Shown here: one piece after another, positions 39,901 through 49,542 of the stretch
Layout of the letters: each line of letters begins with the position of its first letter
Numbering within the stretch: the first letter of the stretch is position 1
Source: an uncultured Bacilli bacterium
GTDB lineage: Bacteria > Bacillota_I > Bacilli_A > RF39 > UBA660
Assembly (NCBI GenBank): GCA_947589515.1
Contig: CANQBE010000004.1
Location: 1-59,625, forward strand
Direction of reading: 5' to 3'
DNA length: 59,625 nucleotides
The notes under the pieces: generated by a model
Seen by the model: only the letters and a program-made list of their open reading frames with translations
The model's database searches: none
What the model was told of the DNA's origin: nothing
Program-made: the position numbers and the translations under genes

Positions 39901-40726
39901 TGCAAGTTATAATTTGAAGTTAGATAAGACAGCACCAACTGTAACTGCCAAAGCTGCAAATAATAATATCACGACAGCAACTAATGCTAGTATTCAAAGT
40001 TACTTTACCATTACTACCAGTGGTCCTAGTGGTGGAAGTACTGTATGTAAAGTAGGAACAAAAACTGTTTCTAATACGAATAATTTATCTCAAGGTTTAA
40101 ATACTGTTGTTTGTACAACAACCAGTGGAAGTGGATTAACAGCAAGTGCATCGACTATATTCCATCACAAATATACAGCTACAGGTAGTTGTACGAATGG
40201 TGGACAACTTCAAAATAATAATGCTTGTTATTATGCCAATAATGGTGGCATTTGTGGTACTACTTGTCATTATGGATGTGATACGGTATGGAATCCTTGT
40301 CATTCAGGAAGCCCTAATGAATGTCAGGGTGGTTATACCAGTACTTGTTATAATACTTGTAGTGGATCGTTTAATACTCCTAATTATCCTTCCTCTGTTT
40401 CTTCTGCTTGTGGTCTATCTTGTTCAGGAAAAAGCAATTGTTCTTGTAGTTGTCCATCTGGTCCCAATGGTGCTGCTTTAAACTGTACATATACTTATTC
40501 ATGTAATCCTTATTCATGTGGTTGGAATAGTTGTGCTACCACTAAAAATACATGTGTGGGTGCCAATGAACAGCAAAATTGTGATAACTGTAAAACTAGA
40601 TCTGACAATTCATGTACCAAAACAGATTCTACTTATTTAAAATATTCTTGCCCAACGGCAGGTGTAAATGGTAATACTGGAGCTAGTATTAATGCCACTG
40701 TTAGTGGATCCGAGTGTATTTTTTAA
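36908..40726 (+). CDS. Giant prepilin-type protein with tandem Ig-like repeats and a Cys-rich C-terminus
   Basis: KKGFTLIELL signal; repeats delimited by LDK(S/T)TP; about 180-aa Cys-rich tip. Confidence 0.88.
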   Translation: MKSMESKKVKSKKGFTLIELLAVIIIIGILLAIAVPGISRYLRKGTTEYYHQLEDSLLLAGRDYLDDYRTLYPTEIGNVTVVDLDELVTNQKVDEVVDSNGNTCSGKIIARKVKQDQYEYYSCLICDGYQTVSENCNYTEDDNITPETKNYKIVVDQEQYTVEQGQEFEVPKAKVYYFDELETDSLTGNPRIIDTNTLGTTTVTYSYKGQKKSITVTVVDKVKPSIPQVVLRYDNSKGRSYKGEWYRSNIYVEYSSTDYTKKNLEGSGVAYYEVSSDNKSWKKLTANYQIHSDNGNFTYYVRSVDQAGNTSDSNSYNVKIDKAKPSCEIVVTGTKTTPQNEWYVGNVTLKLSVTPTASGVLKSTLSKESITENTEGTQVTGSVTSVAGIVGTCDVTIKLDKNTPSAPVFAANDTIGSGSWHKADTTLSLSGSSSISKITYYLDTNSNPTTARNSLKITNNTATTKYYAKACNGAGTCSSVTSYELKLDKSTPATPVLTAADGKASGSWHTANTTLNAGGSTAISGITYYIDASSNPTIKRDSITITENTASTKYYVKACSGSGICSSVGSYDLKLDKSTPAKPSLAAADGIGSGSWHKADTTLTASGSSSTSGITYYLDTNSNPTTATSSVKITNNTGSTTYYAKACNGAGTCSSVASYELKLDKSTPQCSVVVATGTAGSGGWYKSDITLKLQITETTSGVLKSTLSKNSITENTKEQVVTGSVTSNAGIVGTCSATFKVDKQTPATPVLTATDGKTSGSWHTANTTLNASGSSAISNVTYYIDASSNPTTARNSITITENTASTTYYVKACSGSGICSNVGSYELKLDKSTPAKPSLAANDSIGSGSWHKADTTLTASGSSSTSGITYYLDTNSNPTTATSSVKITANTGSTTYYAKACNGVGTCSQIVSYELKLDKSTPATPVLTASDGKASGSWHTANTTLNASGSSAISNVTYYIDASSNPTTSRSSIQITANTASTTYYAKACSGSGICSSVASYNLKLDKTAPTVTAKAANNNITTATNASIQSYFTITTSGPSGGSTVCKVGTKTVSNTNNLSQGLNTVVCTTTSGSGLTASASTIFHHKYTATGSCTNGGQLQNNNACYYANNGGICGTTCHYGCDTVWNPCHSGSPNECQGGYTSTCYNTCSGSFNTPNYPSSVSSACGLSCSGKSNCSCSCPSGPNGAALNCTYTYSCNPYSCGWNSCATTKNTCVGANEQQNCDNCKTRSDNSCTKTDSTYLKYSCPTAGVNGNTGASINATVSGSECIF
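37865..39930 (+). repeat. Intragenic tandem repeats: six 264-bp units and two 234/237-bp units
   Basis: Unit starts at 37865, 38102, 38366, 38630, 38894, 39128, 39392 and 39656; last boundary 39920. Confidence 0.92.
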
Positions 40727-40741
40727 TCCTGATTTTATATT

Positions 40742-40776
40742 AAAACCTTAATTCAAATACGAATTAAGGTTTTTTC
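40742..40776. terminator. Bidirectional terminator
   Basis: aaaaccttaattc..gaattaaggtttt. Confidence 0.85.
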
Positions 40777-40780
40777 TTTT

Positions 40781-41029
40781 TTAAATATATTTTTGATATT
40801 TTTGATATAATTTTATAATTTCTAAATAAGTATTTTCACTGACATCTTTTTTTAATTTTTCCCAGGTTTCTTGTTTATTATCAAAAAAATCTTCCCAGTA
40901 ATTTTTAATATAAAAATAAATTGTGTCTATTTCTTTATCACTCACTTGATAGTTATTATTTTCTATATATTTAATGATGTCTTCCTTTTTTAATTTTTCA
41001 ATATATCCTTTTAATAATTGTTTATACAT
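40781..41029 (-). CDS. Small helical protein (DUF2624/YqfT-like)
   Basis: Strong RBS AGGAGG; family resemblance judged by eye only. Confidence 0.5.
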   Translation of the reverse strand: MYKQLLKGYIEKLKKEDIIKYIENNNYQVSDKEIDTIYFYIKNYWEDFFDNKQETWEKLKKDVSENTYLEIIKLYQKYQKYI

Positions 41030-41098
41030 AAAAACCTCCTATTTAAAATATATGTAAGTTTTCTAAAAAATAATACAAACTAATATTAGGTGATTATT

Positions 41099-43123
41099 AT
41101 GAAAAATAAACCATTTCAAAGAAATCAAAGAATCTCTTTCTTTGAAATTATTTTATTTTTTTCCTTTCTTCTTTTATGTTTTTCTTTAACTCATATCATC
41201 TATTTTAGAAGTAGTTTTTATCAACAAAAATTAGCACAACTTACGGATGTCATTGTCTATGGTGAAAGTGCTCCACGAGGTAGAATCTATGACCGTAATT
41301 ATAATTTATTAGTAGATAATATTGCAGTACCAGTTATTTATTATCAAAAAGAAGATCATGTCACCGTGCAAGAAGAAATTGATCTTGCTTATTTTGTTAG
41401 TAATTTTTTGGAACTGGATTATCAAAAAATCTATGATCGAAATTTAAAAGAATTTTATTTGGTTTTACATTCTGAAGAATGCAATCAGAAAATAACGAAA
41501 GAAGAATGGAAAAAATTAGAAAAAAGAGAGCTCACTAATACGGACATTGAAAATTTGAAAATTGCGAGAATTACGGAAGAAGATTTAAGTAATTTTCAAG
41601 AACAGGATAGGAAAGCTGCTTACATTTATTATTTAATGAATCAAGGGTATTCTTACGCCGATAAAGTGATTAAAAGTAGTGGTGTAACCGATCAAGAATA
41701 TGCTTATTTTTCAGAAAATAATGATAAATTGCATGGCTTTGATACTAAGGTTACTTGGGAAAGAACATATCTATATGGGGATACTTTTAAAAATTTGTTA
41801 GGAAAAGTAGGTAGTATTCCTAAAGAAGAAAAAGATTCTTATGTAAAAAATGGTTATGCTTTAACTGATATTGTGGGTTTAAGTAATATTGAAAAGCAGT
41901 ATGAAGAGTTATTAAAAGGTGAAAAAGCAAAATATCGGAAAGTAAGTAATGATCAATTAGTACTAGTAGAGGATGCCAAAAGAGGACAGGATATTGTATT
42001 AAGCATTGATATTCATTTACAGCAAGAAGTAGATCAGATTATCGATGAATATTTATTGAAAGCAAAATCAGAGGCTAATACTAGATTTTTAAGTAAAACC
42101 TATGCTGTTATAGAACAGCCAAATACGGGAGAAGTATTGGCATTATCGGGTAGACAAATCTTAAAAAATAATGGGGTTTATGCTACTTATGATATTTCTT
42201 CCTATGCTTTAACAGATCCCATGACACCTGGTTCTGTCATTAAAGGAGCATCGATGTTAGTAGGATATAATACGGGTGCTGTTCAGATAGGAGAAACTAT
42301 GACTGATGAATGTGTGAAACTAGCCAATCTTCCTCAAAAGTGTTCTTCTCATCAAATTGGAAGATTAAATGATATTATAGCTTTAGCCGAATCAAGTAAT
42401 GTTTATCAATTTAAAATTGCTTTGAGGGTTGCAGGAGTCAATTATTCTTATAATCAACCTGTTACTATTAATGAAGAAGCTTTTGATATTTATAGAAATA
42501 CTTTTTATGAATTTGGATTAGGGGTCAAAACGGAAATTGATTTACCAGTTGAAAGTTTAGGATATAGTGGCAAAAGTCGTGCTGCTGATTTACTACTAAA
42601 TTTTGCCATTGGCCAATATGATAGTTATACTCCTATTCAACTTTCTCAATATATTACGACGATTGCTTCTGATGGAAAAAGATTACAACCTAGATTATTA
42701 AAAGAAATTCATGATAGTAGTGCTAATGACGAAATTGGCAAATTATTAGAAATCAAAGATGTTCATGTTTTAAATACCGTTACTACTAAGGATGAATATT
42801 TAAAGCGTGTTCAAGAGGGTTTTGTTGCTGTTATGGAAATTGGACTTGGTAAAAAAGTAATGGGTGATAGTCCACATCCTGCTGGAAAAACAGGTACGAG
42901 TGAAAGTTTTATTGATGCAGATGGCGATGGTAAAATTGATACAGCTACTACCAGTAATGCTTTTGTTGGTTATGCTCCTGCAGATCATCCAGTGATGACA
43001 ATTACGGTTACTTCCCCTGATGTAGAAGATCCTAATACCGGAATTAGTTATCGTACTTATATGAACCGGTTAATTGCTAGAAAAATATCCAATAAGTATT
43101 TTGAAATGTATCCTAATTTCTAA
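41099..43123 (+). CDS. pbpA: Class B PBP (PBP2A-like, elongation)
   Basis: PRGRIYDRN, PGSVIK, SSNVY and GKTGTSE motifs. Confidence 0.85.
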   Translation: MKNKPFQRNQRISFFEIILFFSFLLLCFSLTHIIYFRSSFYQQKLAQLTDVIVYGESAPRGRIYDRNYNLLVDNIAVPVIYYQKEDHVTVQEEIDLAYFVSNFLELDYQKIYDRNLKEFYLVLHSEECNQKITKEEWKKLEKRELTNTDIENLKIARITEEDLSNFQEQDRKAAYIYYLMNQGYSYADKVIKSSGVTDQEYAYFSENNDKLHGFDTKVTWERTYLYGDTFKNLLGKVGSIPKEEKDSYVKNGYALTDIVGLSNIEKQYEELLKGEKAKYRKVSNDQLVLVEDAKRGQDIVLSIDIHLQQEVDQIIDEYLLKAKSEANTRFLSKTYAVIEQPNTGEVLALSGRQILKNNGVYATYDISSYALTDPMTPGSVIKGASMLVGYNTGAVQIGETMTDECVKLANLPQKCSSHQIGRLNDIIALAESSNVYQFKIALRVAGVNYSYNQPVTINEEAFDIYRNTFYEFGLGVKTEIDLPVESLGYSGKSRAADLLLNFAIGQYDSYTPIQLSQYITTIASDGKRLQPRLLKEIHDSSANDEIGKLLEIKDVHVLNTVTTKDEYLKRVQEGFVAVMEIGLGKKVMGDSPHPAGKTGTSESFIDADGDGKIDTATTSNAFVGYAPADHPVMTITVTSPDVEDPNTGISYRTYMNRLIARKISNKYFEMYPNF

Positions 43124-43205
43124 AATTTTACAGAAAATAAAAAAAGTTTTTGCTTTTTTATCAATACTACGATATAATACCTATAGGAAACAAGGAGGGA
43201 TTATT

Positions 43206-43370
43206 GTGGCAAAGGTAGGAAATAGACAAAATAAAACTTTAGTTTGTACTGTTTGTGGTAAAGAAGGATATAGAAAAAGTAAAAATATAAAAAACACAAC
43301 AGACCGTTTAGAACTTAATAAATATTGTTCTAACTGTAGAAAACATACAACACATAAAGAAAAGAAATAA
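43206..43370 (+). CDS. rpmG: 50S ribosomal protein L33 (Zn-ribbon type)
   Basis: GTG start after GGAGG; CTVC...RLELNKYCSNCRKHTTHKE. Confidence 0.95.
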   Translation: MAKVGNRQNKTLVCTVCGKEGYRKSKNIKNTTDRLELNKYCSNCRKHTTHKEKK

Positions 43371-43384
43371 GATAGGAGATTAGC

Positions 43385-43546
43385 ATGTTAGAACAATTTC
43401 AACCCTTTATTGATTACAAGAAATTAATTGAAATGCAAGCGAAAGGGTGTAGTTATCGCCTTTCAAAAGATGAGAAAGTAATGAAAACTAATACTTCTAT
43501 GAATTCAACAACCAAGTCTAAAGTAAGAAAAATAGGAAAGAAATAG
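43385..43546 (+). CDS. Unannotated 53-aa basic protein between rpmG and efp
   Basis: RBS AGGAG; MLEQFQPFIDYKKLIEMQAKG...KSKVRKIGKK. Confidence 0.65.
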   Translation: MLEQFQPFIDYKKLIEMQAKGCSYRLSKDEKVMKTNTSMNSTTKSKVRKIGKK

Positions 43547-43589
43547 GGGAATGGTATTCTCCTTTATTTCTACATAAGGAGGTTTTATA

Positions 43590-44147
43590 ATGATTAATAC
43601 AAATGATTTAAAAGTAGGTATGACTATCCAAATTGATGGTAATATTTTTACAGTATTAGAAACTGGACATGTAAAACCAGGTAAAGGTGCTGCTTTCGTT
43701 ACTGCTAAATTAAAAAATTTAAGAACTGGTTCTATTATTGAAGAAAGATTTAATGCTGGTACTAAAGTGGAAGCAGCTAGAATTGAAAAGAAAGATATGC
43801 AATATTTATATGAAATGAGTGGTACTTACTATTTCATGAATATGGAAACTTATGATCAAATTGAATTAAGTAAGGATACTTTAGGAGATGATGCTAAGTT
43901 TTTAAAAGAAAACTTAATGGTAAATATTACATTCTATGAAGGAGAAATTTTAGGTCTTGCTTTACCTGATAAGATTGAATATGTCATTACTCATTCTGAA
44001 CCAGCTGTAAAAGGAAATACTTCTACTGGTGCTATGAAAGATGCTACTTTGGAAAATGGAATGACTATTAAAGTACCATTATTTATCGAAGAAGGAGAAA
44101 CGGTTTTAGTTACTACAAAAGATGGTAAATATGCATCTCGTGCTTAA
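43590..44147 (+). CDS. efp: Elongation factor P
   Basis: HVKPGKGAAFV, KGNT and VPLFI motifs. Confidence 0.97.
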   Translation: MINTNDLKVGMTIQIDGNIFTVLETGHVKPGKGAAFVTAKLKNLRTGSIIEERFNAGTKVEAARIEKKDMQYLYEMSGTYYFMNMETYDQIELSKDTLGDDAKFLKENLMVNITFYEGEILGLALPDKIEYVITHSEPAVKGNTSTGAMKDATLENGMTIKVPLFIEEGETVLVTTKDGKYASRA

Positions 44148-44229
44148 GAGATGCTTTTTTTTGTGGGTAAATCTTTATCATGCATATTTCTTTTTTTTTA
44201 TCATAATCTTTACTGAAGGAGAAATGATT

Positions 44230-44745
44230 ATGATTAATAAACAGAGTTTGTGGTTTTTAACATTATTCAGTTTAATACTTGTACTTAGTGTGTATTATAT
44301 TACGATGCCTAATGAACTTTTACTTACCAATAACAGTAATCAACTTGCTGCGAAACCTACTAGTGGAGAAGTAGATGATACCGAAGTAACAATTGAAGAA
44401 AGTGAATTATTAGTTACAATGCGCGTTAATTTAGAAGAAGAAAGAAGTCAAAAATTAGAAAGTTTACGAAGTACATTAACGAGTGAAGATGCAACTAGTG
44501 AAGAAAAAAATAATGCTTATGAGCAAATTAAATATATTACAGATTTAAAAGGACAGGAAGAAGTATTAGAACAGAAATTAAAGAAAGAGTTTGGTTTGGA
44601 TAGTTTTATTAAAATTGATAATAAAGAGATTAAAGTAGTTGCTATTAAAGAAAAGCATGATACTGCTTTAGCTAATAATATTATGAAAACGATTCAAAAT
44701 GAATTTAAAGATAAAGTATATATAACGGTTAAATTTGAAAAATAG
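44230..44745 (+). CDS. spoIIIAH: SpoIIIAH-like protein
   Basis: MINKQSLWFLTLFSLILVLSVYYI matches the SpoIIIAH N-terminus. Confidence 0.88.
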   Translation: MINKQSLWFLTLFSLILVLSVYYITMPNELLLTNNSNQLAAKPTSGEVDDTEVTIEESELLVTMRVNLEEERSQKLESLRSTLTSEDATSEEKNNAYEQIKYITDLKGQEEVLEQKLKKEFGLDSFIKIDNKEIKVVAIKEKHDTALANNIMKTIQNEFKDKVYITVKFEK

Positions 44746-44833
44746 TTGGTGGGCACTTTTACTAACTCATTGTTTTCTTTTTACATACAATACTATGAGT
44801 AATGATGTGATAAAAAACAAGAGGAGTGAAAAT

Positions 44834-45040
44834 GTGAATACCAAAATTTTAACCAAAAGAGAACATGAAGTTTTCTCTTTACTGATTATGAATAAAACTA
44901 CGAAAGATATTGCGAAAAAATTAGGAATTAGTGAAAAAACAGTTAGAAATCATATTTCTAATGTCATTCAAAAATTAGGAGTCAATGGAAGAGCAGTCGC
45001 TGTAGTTGAGTTATTAAAATTAAAAGAAATAGAATTATAA
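44834..45040 (+). CDS. gerE: Late sporulation regulator GerE (LuxR HTH)
   Basis: LTKREHEVF..KTTKDIA..ISEKTVRNHISN..QKLGV..AVVELL; GTG after GAGGAG. Confidence 0.92.
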   Translation: MNTKILTKREHEVFSLLIMNKTTKDIAKKLGISEKTVRNHISNVIQKLGVNGRAVAVVELLKLKEIEL

Positions 45041-45117
45041 GAGTAAACGAAAGTTTATTCTTTTTCTAATTCTAAATTTTAAAATCATTCATATGTTTAA
45101 TTAGATAGGGTGATTAC

Positions 45118-46059
45118 ATGTTAAAGCGAAAAGCACTTAGAAAAATTATGATTACGACATTTTCTTTCTTGATTGTTTTTGTGATTTGTATTATTCCTGA
45201 AAAAATAAATAGTCATGATAATTATTTAAATGCGGGAATGGATATTGAATATGTGTCCAATTTAGGTACTAATGAAATTTATTTATTAGGACCGAACCAT
45301 TATTTAGTCAAAACGAATGTATTATTAGAAGAAAGTACTTTAGATGCTAAAATTAGGGGTATTATTGATTATTTAACGATTCAAAAAAGTACTAAAATTC
45401 CAAATGGATTATCGGGTATTATTCCTACTAACACGAAATTAAATACGGTTGAAATTAAAGATAAGGTGGCAGTACTTGATTTTTCAAAAGAATTACTAGA
45501 CATATCTATTGATTTGGAAGAAAGACTAATAGAGGCTATTACTTATAGTATTATCAATCTAGATGATATTGCTGGAATTACGATTCAAGTAGAAGGAAAT
45601 CGTTTAGAAGAACTTCCTAAAACTAAGAAAAAATTACCAGAAATACTAGATAGAAACTTTGGTATTAATAAAGTATTTGATATTGATCATTTAGATGGTA
45701 TTCAAAAAGTGACTTTGTATTATATTGATGAAATTAATAATCATCGCTATTATGTTCCGGTTACTAAATATTTAAATGATGATAGAGAAAAAATTAATAT
45801 TATCATTGATCATTTGTCTAGTAATTATATTTATGAATCTAATTTAGTATCTCTATTAAATCAAAATACAGAATTAATTAACTATGAAATAGAAGATGAG
45901 ATTATGACTTTAAATTTTAATCATAGTATTTTTACCAATGATAAATTATTAGAAGAAGTTACTTATACGATTGCAGAATCTGTTTTTGATACTTATGATA
46001 TTAAAAGTGTCATCTTTCAAGTAGAAGGAGAAAATATTGTAACGACCAATAAATCATAA
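45118..46059 (+). CDS. gerM: GerM-like protein with two GerMN domains
   Basis: IP.NTKL..DFSKE, YYVPVT and V.FQVEG repeats. Confidence 0.82.
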   Translation: MLKRKALRKIMITTFSFLIVFVICIIPEKINSHDNYLNAGMDIEYVSNLGTNEIYLLGPNHYLVKTNVLLEESTLDAKIRGIIDYLTIQKSTKIPNGLSGIIPTNTKLNTVEIKDKVAVLDFSKELLDISIDLEERLIEAITYSIINLDDIAGITIQVEGNRLEELPKTKKKLPEILDRNFGINKVFDIDHLDGIQKVTLYYIDEINNHRYYVPVTKYLNDDREKINIIIDHLSSNYIYESNLVSLLNQNTELINYEIEDEIMTLNFNHSIFTNDKLLEEVTYTIAESVFDTYDIKSVIFQVEGENIVTTNKS

Positions 46060-46086
46060 AAAAAGAAAATTTATACTTTTCTTTTT

Positions 46087-48198
46087 TTATTTTGATTTTA
46101 TTTTTTGCGTATTTTTCTTTAAATATGATTGGTTTAAATCAAAATTATGACACGATTTTAAGATGATATCTAAAAAATCCTTTTTATCTTCTAAATGATA
46201 GTTGCTAAGCCAGTATTCTAATAGGAGTTGCTGTGTGTATGAATCTGAGGAAATATTAAAAATGGGAATCCATAGATCATATAAATTTTTATATAAAAAG
46301 TCTTTTTTTGCTTTTGCTATTACATTTTCTATTACGCCACTATTTTTTAAAAAGGCCAATGGTATTATATTATTATTAGAATCATTCATTCCGCAAAGCA
46401 TATTAGAAAAAAGTAATTCATCAAAGTTAGTAGATAAATTATATAATGAAGAATATAAGGCTTCTTGGAGTGGAGTTCTTTTATTGTTTGTTAACTTTGT
46501 TTCTTGAAATAAACCAAGAAATCTGTTATCGATAGATTTTTTTAAAAACTCAACATTTTGATGATTTGGATTGGTATAAAAACAATCGTAATTTGCCGTG
46601 TTTGGATTTCTATAATCAATGCATATTACTGAATCTAATAATAGTTTATTTTCTAATTGAAATTCTTGAAAGTATGCATCATCAGATATTAAATTTCTAT
46701 AAAATTCTGATAAGGAAAATAGAAATTGCTGATTTTTTTCTTGGTGATTTTTCTGTTTTGTATTGATAATAGTTTCTATCATATGATTAGAATATTTTCT
46801 TACTAAGAAGTCATTGTGTAGCAAGTTGTATAATGTTATATTTGATTCAGAAGAGGATGGATGATAGAAAAAATGTACCGGTTTCTTGTTTTCTAAGAAA
46901 CTAATTATTTCTTGTTTGAATTGTATATAATAATTACATTCATAAAAAGCAGGAATCTTTTTATATTGAGTCATATTAAAATTTTCCCAAACTTTCTTTA
47001 AACTTTCTGTATATTCTCTAAAAACATAATCTTGCATATTATCATTTTGTTCTTTTATTAGATATTGGTAACAATTATTATCTTCAAAAATATAGCAGGT
47101 ATCACTTTCTAATAAAATTTGATTCAAATAATTTTTGTTGAAAAGTGTTACTGTATGATATGAATGAATTTGACAAGTAATCGACATATTATTTTCTTGG
47201 CATTTTTGATTTAATTTTTCTGTTAATTCCTGCATATTAATATTTTCCAATTCTCCTATTATAGAAATAGAATATACAGTTATTTTTTGATTCTGGTAAT
47301 CTTCTTTTAATTGTTTCCAAATAGAATCATATATCATAGAAAATGAAATCAAAGCATTATTATTTTTTAAGTTAGTAGTTGTTACGTAATCTCCATTTTG
47401 TAATGATGCACTTTTTAATTCATTTTGAAATATTACATTCCATGAGAAATTTTTCTTTAATTTTTTGATTAAGATATCTTTATAGATAATATGAATTGAT
47501 TTTTCAATGGCTGTTGTTTGGATTTCTTTTTGATATTTACCAATTTCTAAATAGAAGTCTTGAATATTTTTAAGACATATTGGATGAGAAAAAGTAAAAT
47601 ATAATATATTATTTTTGATGATGGTATCTTGATACAATAGACTATCTATAAATTGATTGTAGATATCATGAGAAATTTCAAAATAGTAATCTTTACTACA
47701 AACAAAATTGGTTAATAAATCATAATAAGACTTTAAATAATTGGTTAATGTTTCATTTGGTATTTGAAAAACATGGTTATATTCTATTATTTCTTTATAC
47801 GATTTTAAAAAATTTTTTGCTTTTTCTTGAAAATGAATGCATTGTTTTTCAGATAAAAAGGAATTTTGATATTGAATCATAATTTCAGATAGCAAATCTA
47901 TTAGGTTATTATTGGGTGTAATTTTACTTTCAAAAGAAATTGGAGTAAAGGTGAAATCATAATTTTGGTGTTCGGAAGCAAGTATAATCTTTCCTTTATG
48001 TAAATGTTCATATACAATTTCTGATATTTTTCTTCCAAATTCATATGGATTTTCACTTTGTATAGTAAATGGCATTTCCTTTTTAGTTTTCCCGTTAATT
48101 AGTGATAGATTATTTTTATTGGGAAGTAAAGTAAGAAAATAGGTAAAATCTAATACGATATTACAGAATGATAAAAAATTGCTATCCTTATAATTCAT
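46087..48198 (-). CDS. Large hypothetical protein, very AT-rich
   Basis: 703-aa ORF, RBS AGAGG; no motif recognised. Confidence 0.7.
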   Translation of the reverse strand: MNYKDSNFLSFCNIVLDFTYFLTLLPNKNNLSLINGKTKKEMPFTIQSENPYEFGRKISEIVYEHLHKGKIILASEHQNYDFTFTPISFESKITPNNNLIDLLSEIMIQYQNSFLSEKQCIHFQEKAKNFLKSYKEIIEYNHVFQIPNETLTNYLKSYYDLLTNFVCSKDYYFEISHDIYNQFIDSLLYQDTIIKNNILYFTFSHPICLKNIQDFYLEIGKYQKEIQTTAIEKSIHIIYKDILIKKLKKNFSWNVIFQNELKSASLQNGDYVTTTNLKNNNALISFSMIYDSIWKQLKEDYQNQKITVYSISIIGELENINMQELTEKLNQKCQENNMSITCQIHSYHTVTLFNKNYLNQILLESDTCYIFEDNNCYQYLIKEQNDNMQDYVFREYTESLKKVWENFNMTQYKKIPAFYECNYYIQFKQEIISFLENKKPVHFFYHPSSSESNITLYNLLHNDFLVRKYSNHMIETIINTKQKNHQEKNQQFLFSLSEFYRNLISDDAYFQEFQLENKLLLDSVICIDYRNPNTANYDCFYTNPNHQNVEFLKKSIDNRFLGLFQETKLTNNKRTPLQEALYSSLYNLSTNFDELLFSNMLCGMNDSNNNIIPLAFLKNSGVIENVIAKAKKDFLYKNLYDLWIPIFNISSDSYTQQLLLEYWLSNYHLEDKKDFLDIILKSCHNFDLNQSYLKKNTQKIKSK

Positions 48199-48366
48199 AA
48201 TGAACCTCTCGTTATTTCCAAAATGGAATCATCATTTTTTATATCTTATTACTATAGCATTGAATTTTCATTTTATCAATTATAAAAGTATTAAAATTGC
48301 TGCTATCCTTGTCAATTCATTCTATTTGTGATATAATATGGGCATTCTTTTAAGAGGTGATTTCAT

Positions 48367-49431
48367 ATGAAAACAGGATGGGATTATGAATATTTTGCAT
48401 TTAAAAAAAGAAATCTACAAGAACAATTAGAAAAAACCGAAAATATCAAGCAACGAAAAAAAATAGAAGAAGATATCGATCTATGTGATTATCTTACTAC
48501 TATTCTTTTGTTTTCAACAGGCGAAACGATAGATTCTGATATTACGATGAAACAGTTTGTAGAAGAAATCTATCAACAAGATTTTTCTTATCCAATACCA
48601 GTAGTAGAACAAGAAAAAATAGATGAAATCACGTTATCTTTTTTAAAACTACCTAAATTAAAAATAGAACGGGCTATCACATCTATTTCTGCAACTGATT
48701 CTATTCAAATTGTTGGCGATTTTATAAAAGACCAATTTCATGAAAAACATTATCAATTATATAAAGATATCTTTATGGATCATAGTCATTATGTGCTTTT
48801 TGATCCAAATACTGATTTATCTAATGTTGTTTCTTTAGATGGAGAAATGCTTGTACGCATTAAGAAAAGTAATGATATGGAAATGTTATCATCTATTGCT
48901 CACGAAATGGGACATCTATATAGAATGTCAAATAATTCTCAAATGATTTTCACTAATTTTTATCGTGAATATGAATCTTTTTTCTATGAATTTCATTTAT
49001 TATTATGGTTAATTCAAAATCATATTTATAGAAAAGAAGCTACCAATCGTTTTTTACAGTTATTTGATATTGTAGAAAAGGTATCCTATATGAGATATTG
49101 TATTCAAAACTATCAGTTAAATCAAATAGCTTCTTCGAAACAATTTACAGAAAAAATCAATCAATTTCATTTAAGAAGAGATTTGCATTTTAGAAAAAAT
49201 CAAGATTTATTCGATTTATATATTACAGCACTTGGTATGGATTTCCAAACATATTTTCATTCCTTTATGGCAGTATTGAATCATATGGATGATTTTGATC
49301 GATATGAACAGGTGATAAAAGGAATCAAGAATCGAAATGAAAGTACTATTCAAGCAAAAATATTAACTAAAAATAAAAATTCATATCAATCTTATGTAGA
49401 ATATAGAAGTATGCTTCAAAATCTTTCTTAA
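48367..49431 (+). CDS. HExxH zincin-like protein (M3-like motif spacing)
   Basis: IAHEMGH ... REYESFFYE; promoter TGATATAAT, RBS GAGGTG. Confidence 0.65.
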   Translation: MKTGWDYEYFAFKKRNLQEQLEKTENIKQRKKIEEDIDLCDYLTTILLFSTGETIDSDITMKQFVEEIYQQDFSYPIPVVEQEKIDEITLSFLKLPKLKIERAITSISATDSIQIVGDFIKDQFHEKHYQLYKDIFMDHSHYVLFDPNTDLSNVVSLDGEMLVRIKKSNDMEMLSSIAHEMGHLYRMSNNSQMIFTNFYREYESFFYEFHLLLWLIQNHIYRKEATNRFLQLFDIVEKVSYMRYCIQNYQLNQIASSKQFTEKINQFHLRRDLHFRKNQDLFDLYITALGMDFQTYFHSFMAVLNHMDDFDRYEQVIKGIKNRNESTIQAKILTKNKNSYQSYVEYRSMLQNLS

Positions 49432-49542
49432 GATTGATCAGAATTTTGAATGATAGAGAATTCGAAATTTGAAATATGACATATCATTCTATATCATATA
49501 TAGGACAAAATCATATAGTGATGAAAATCAGAGAAAATAGGA

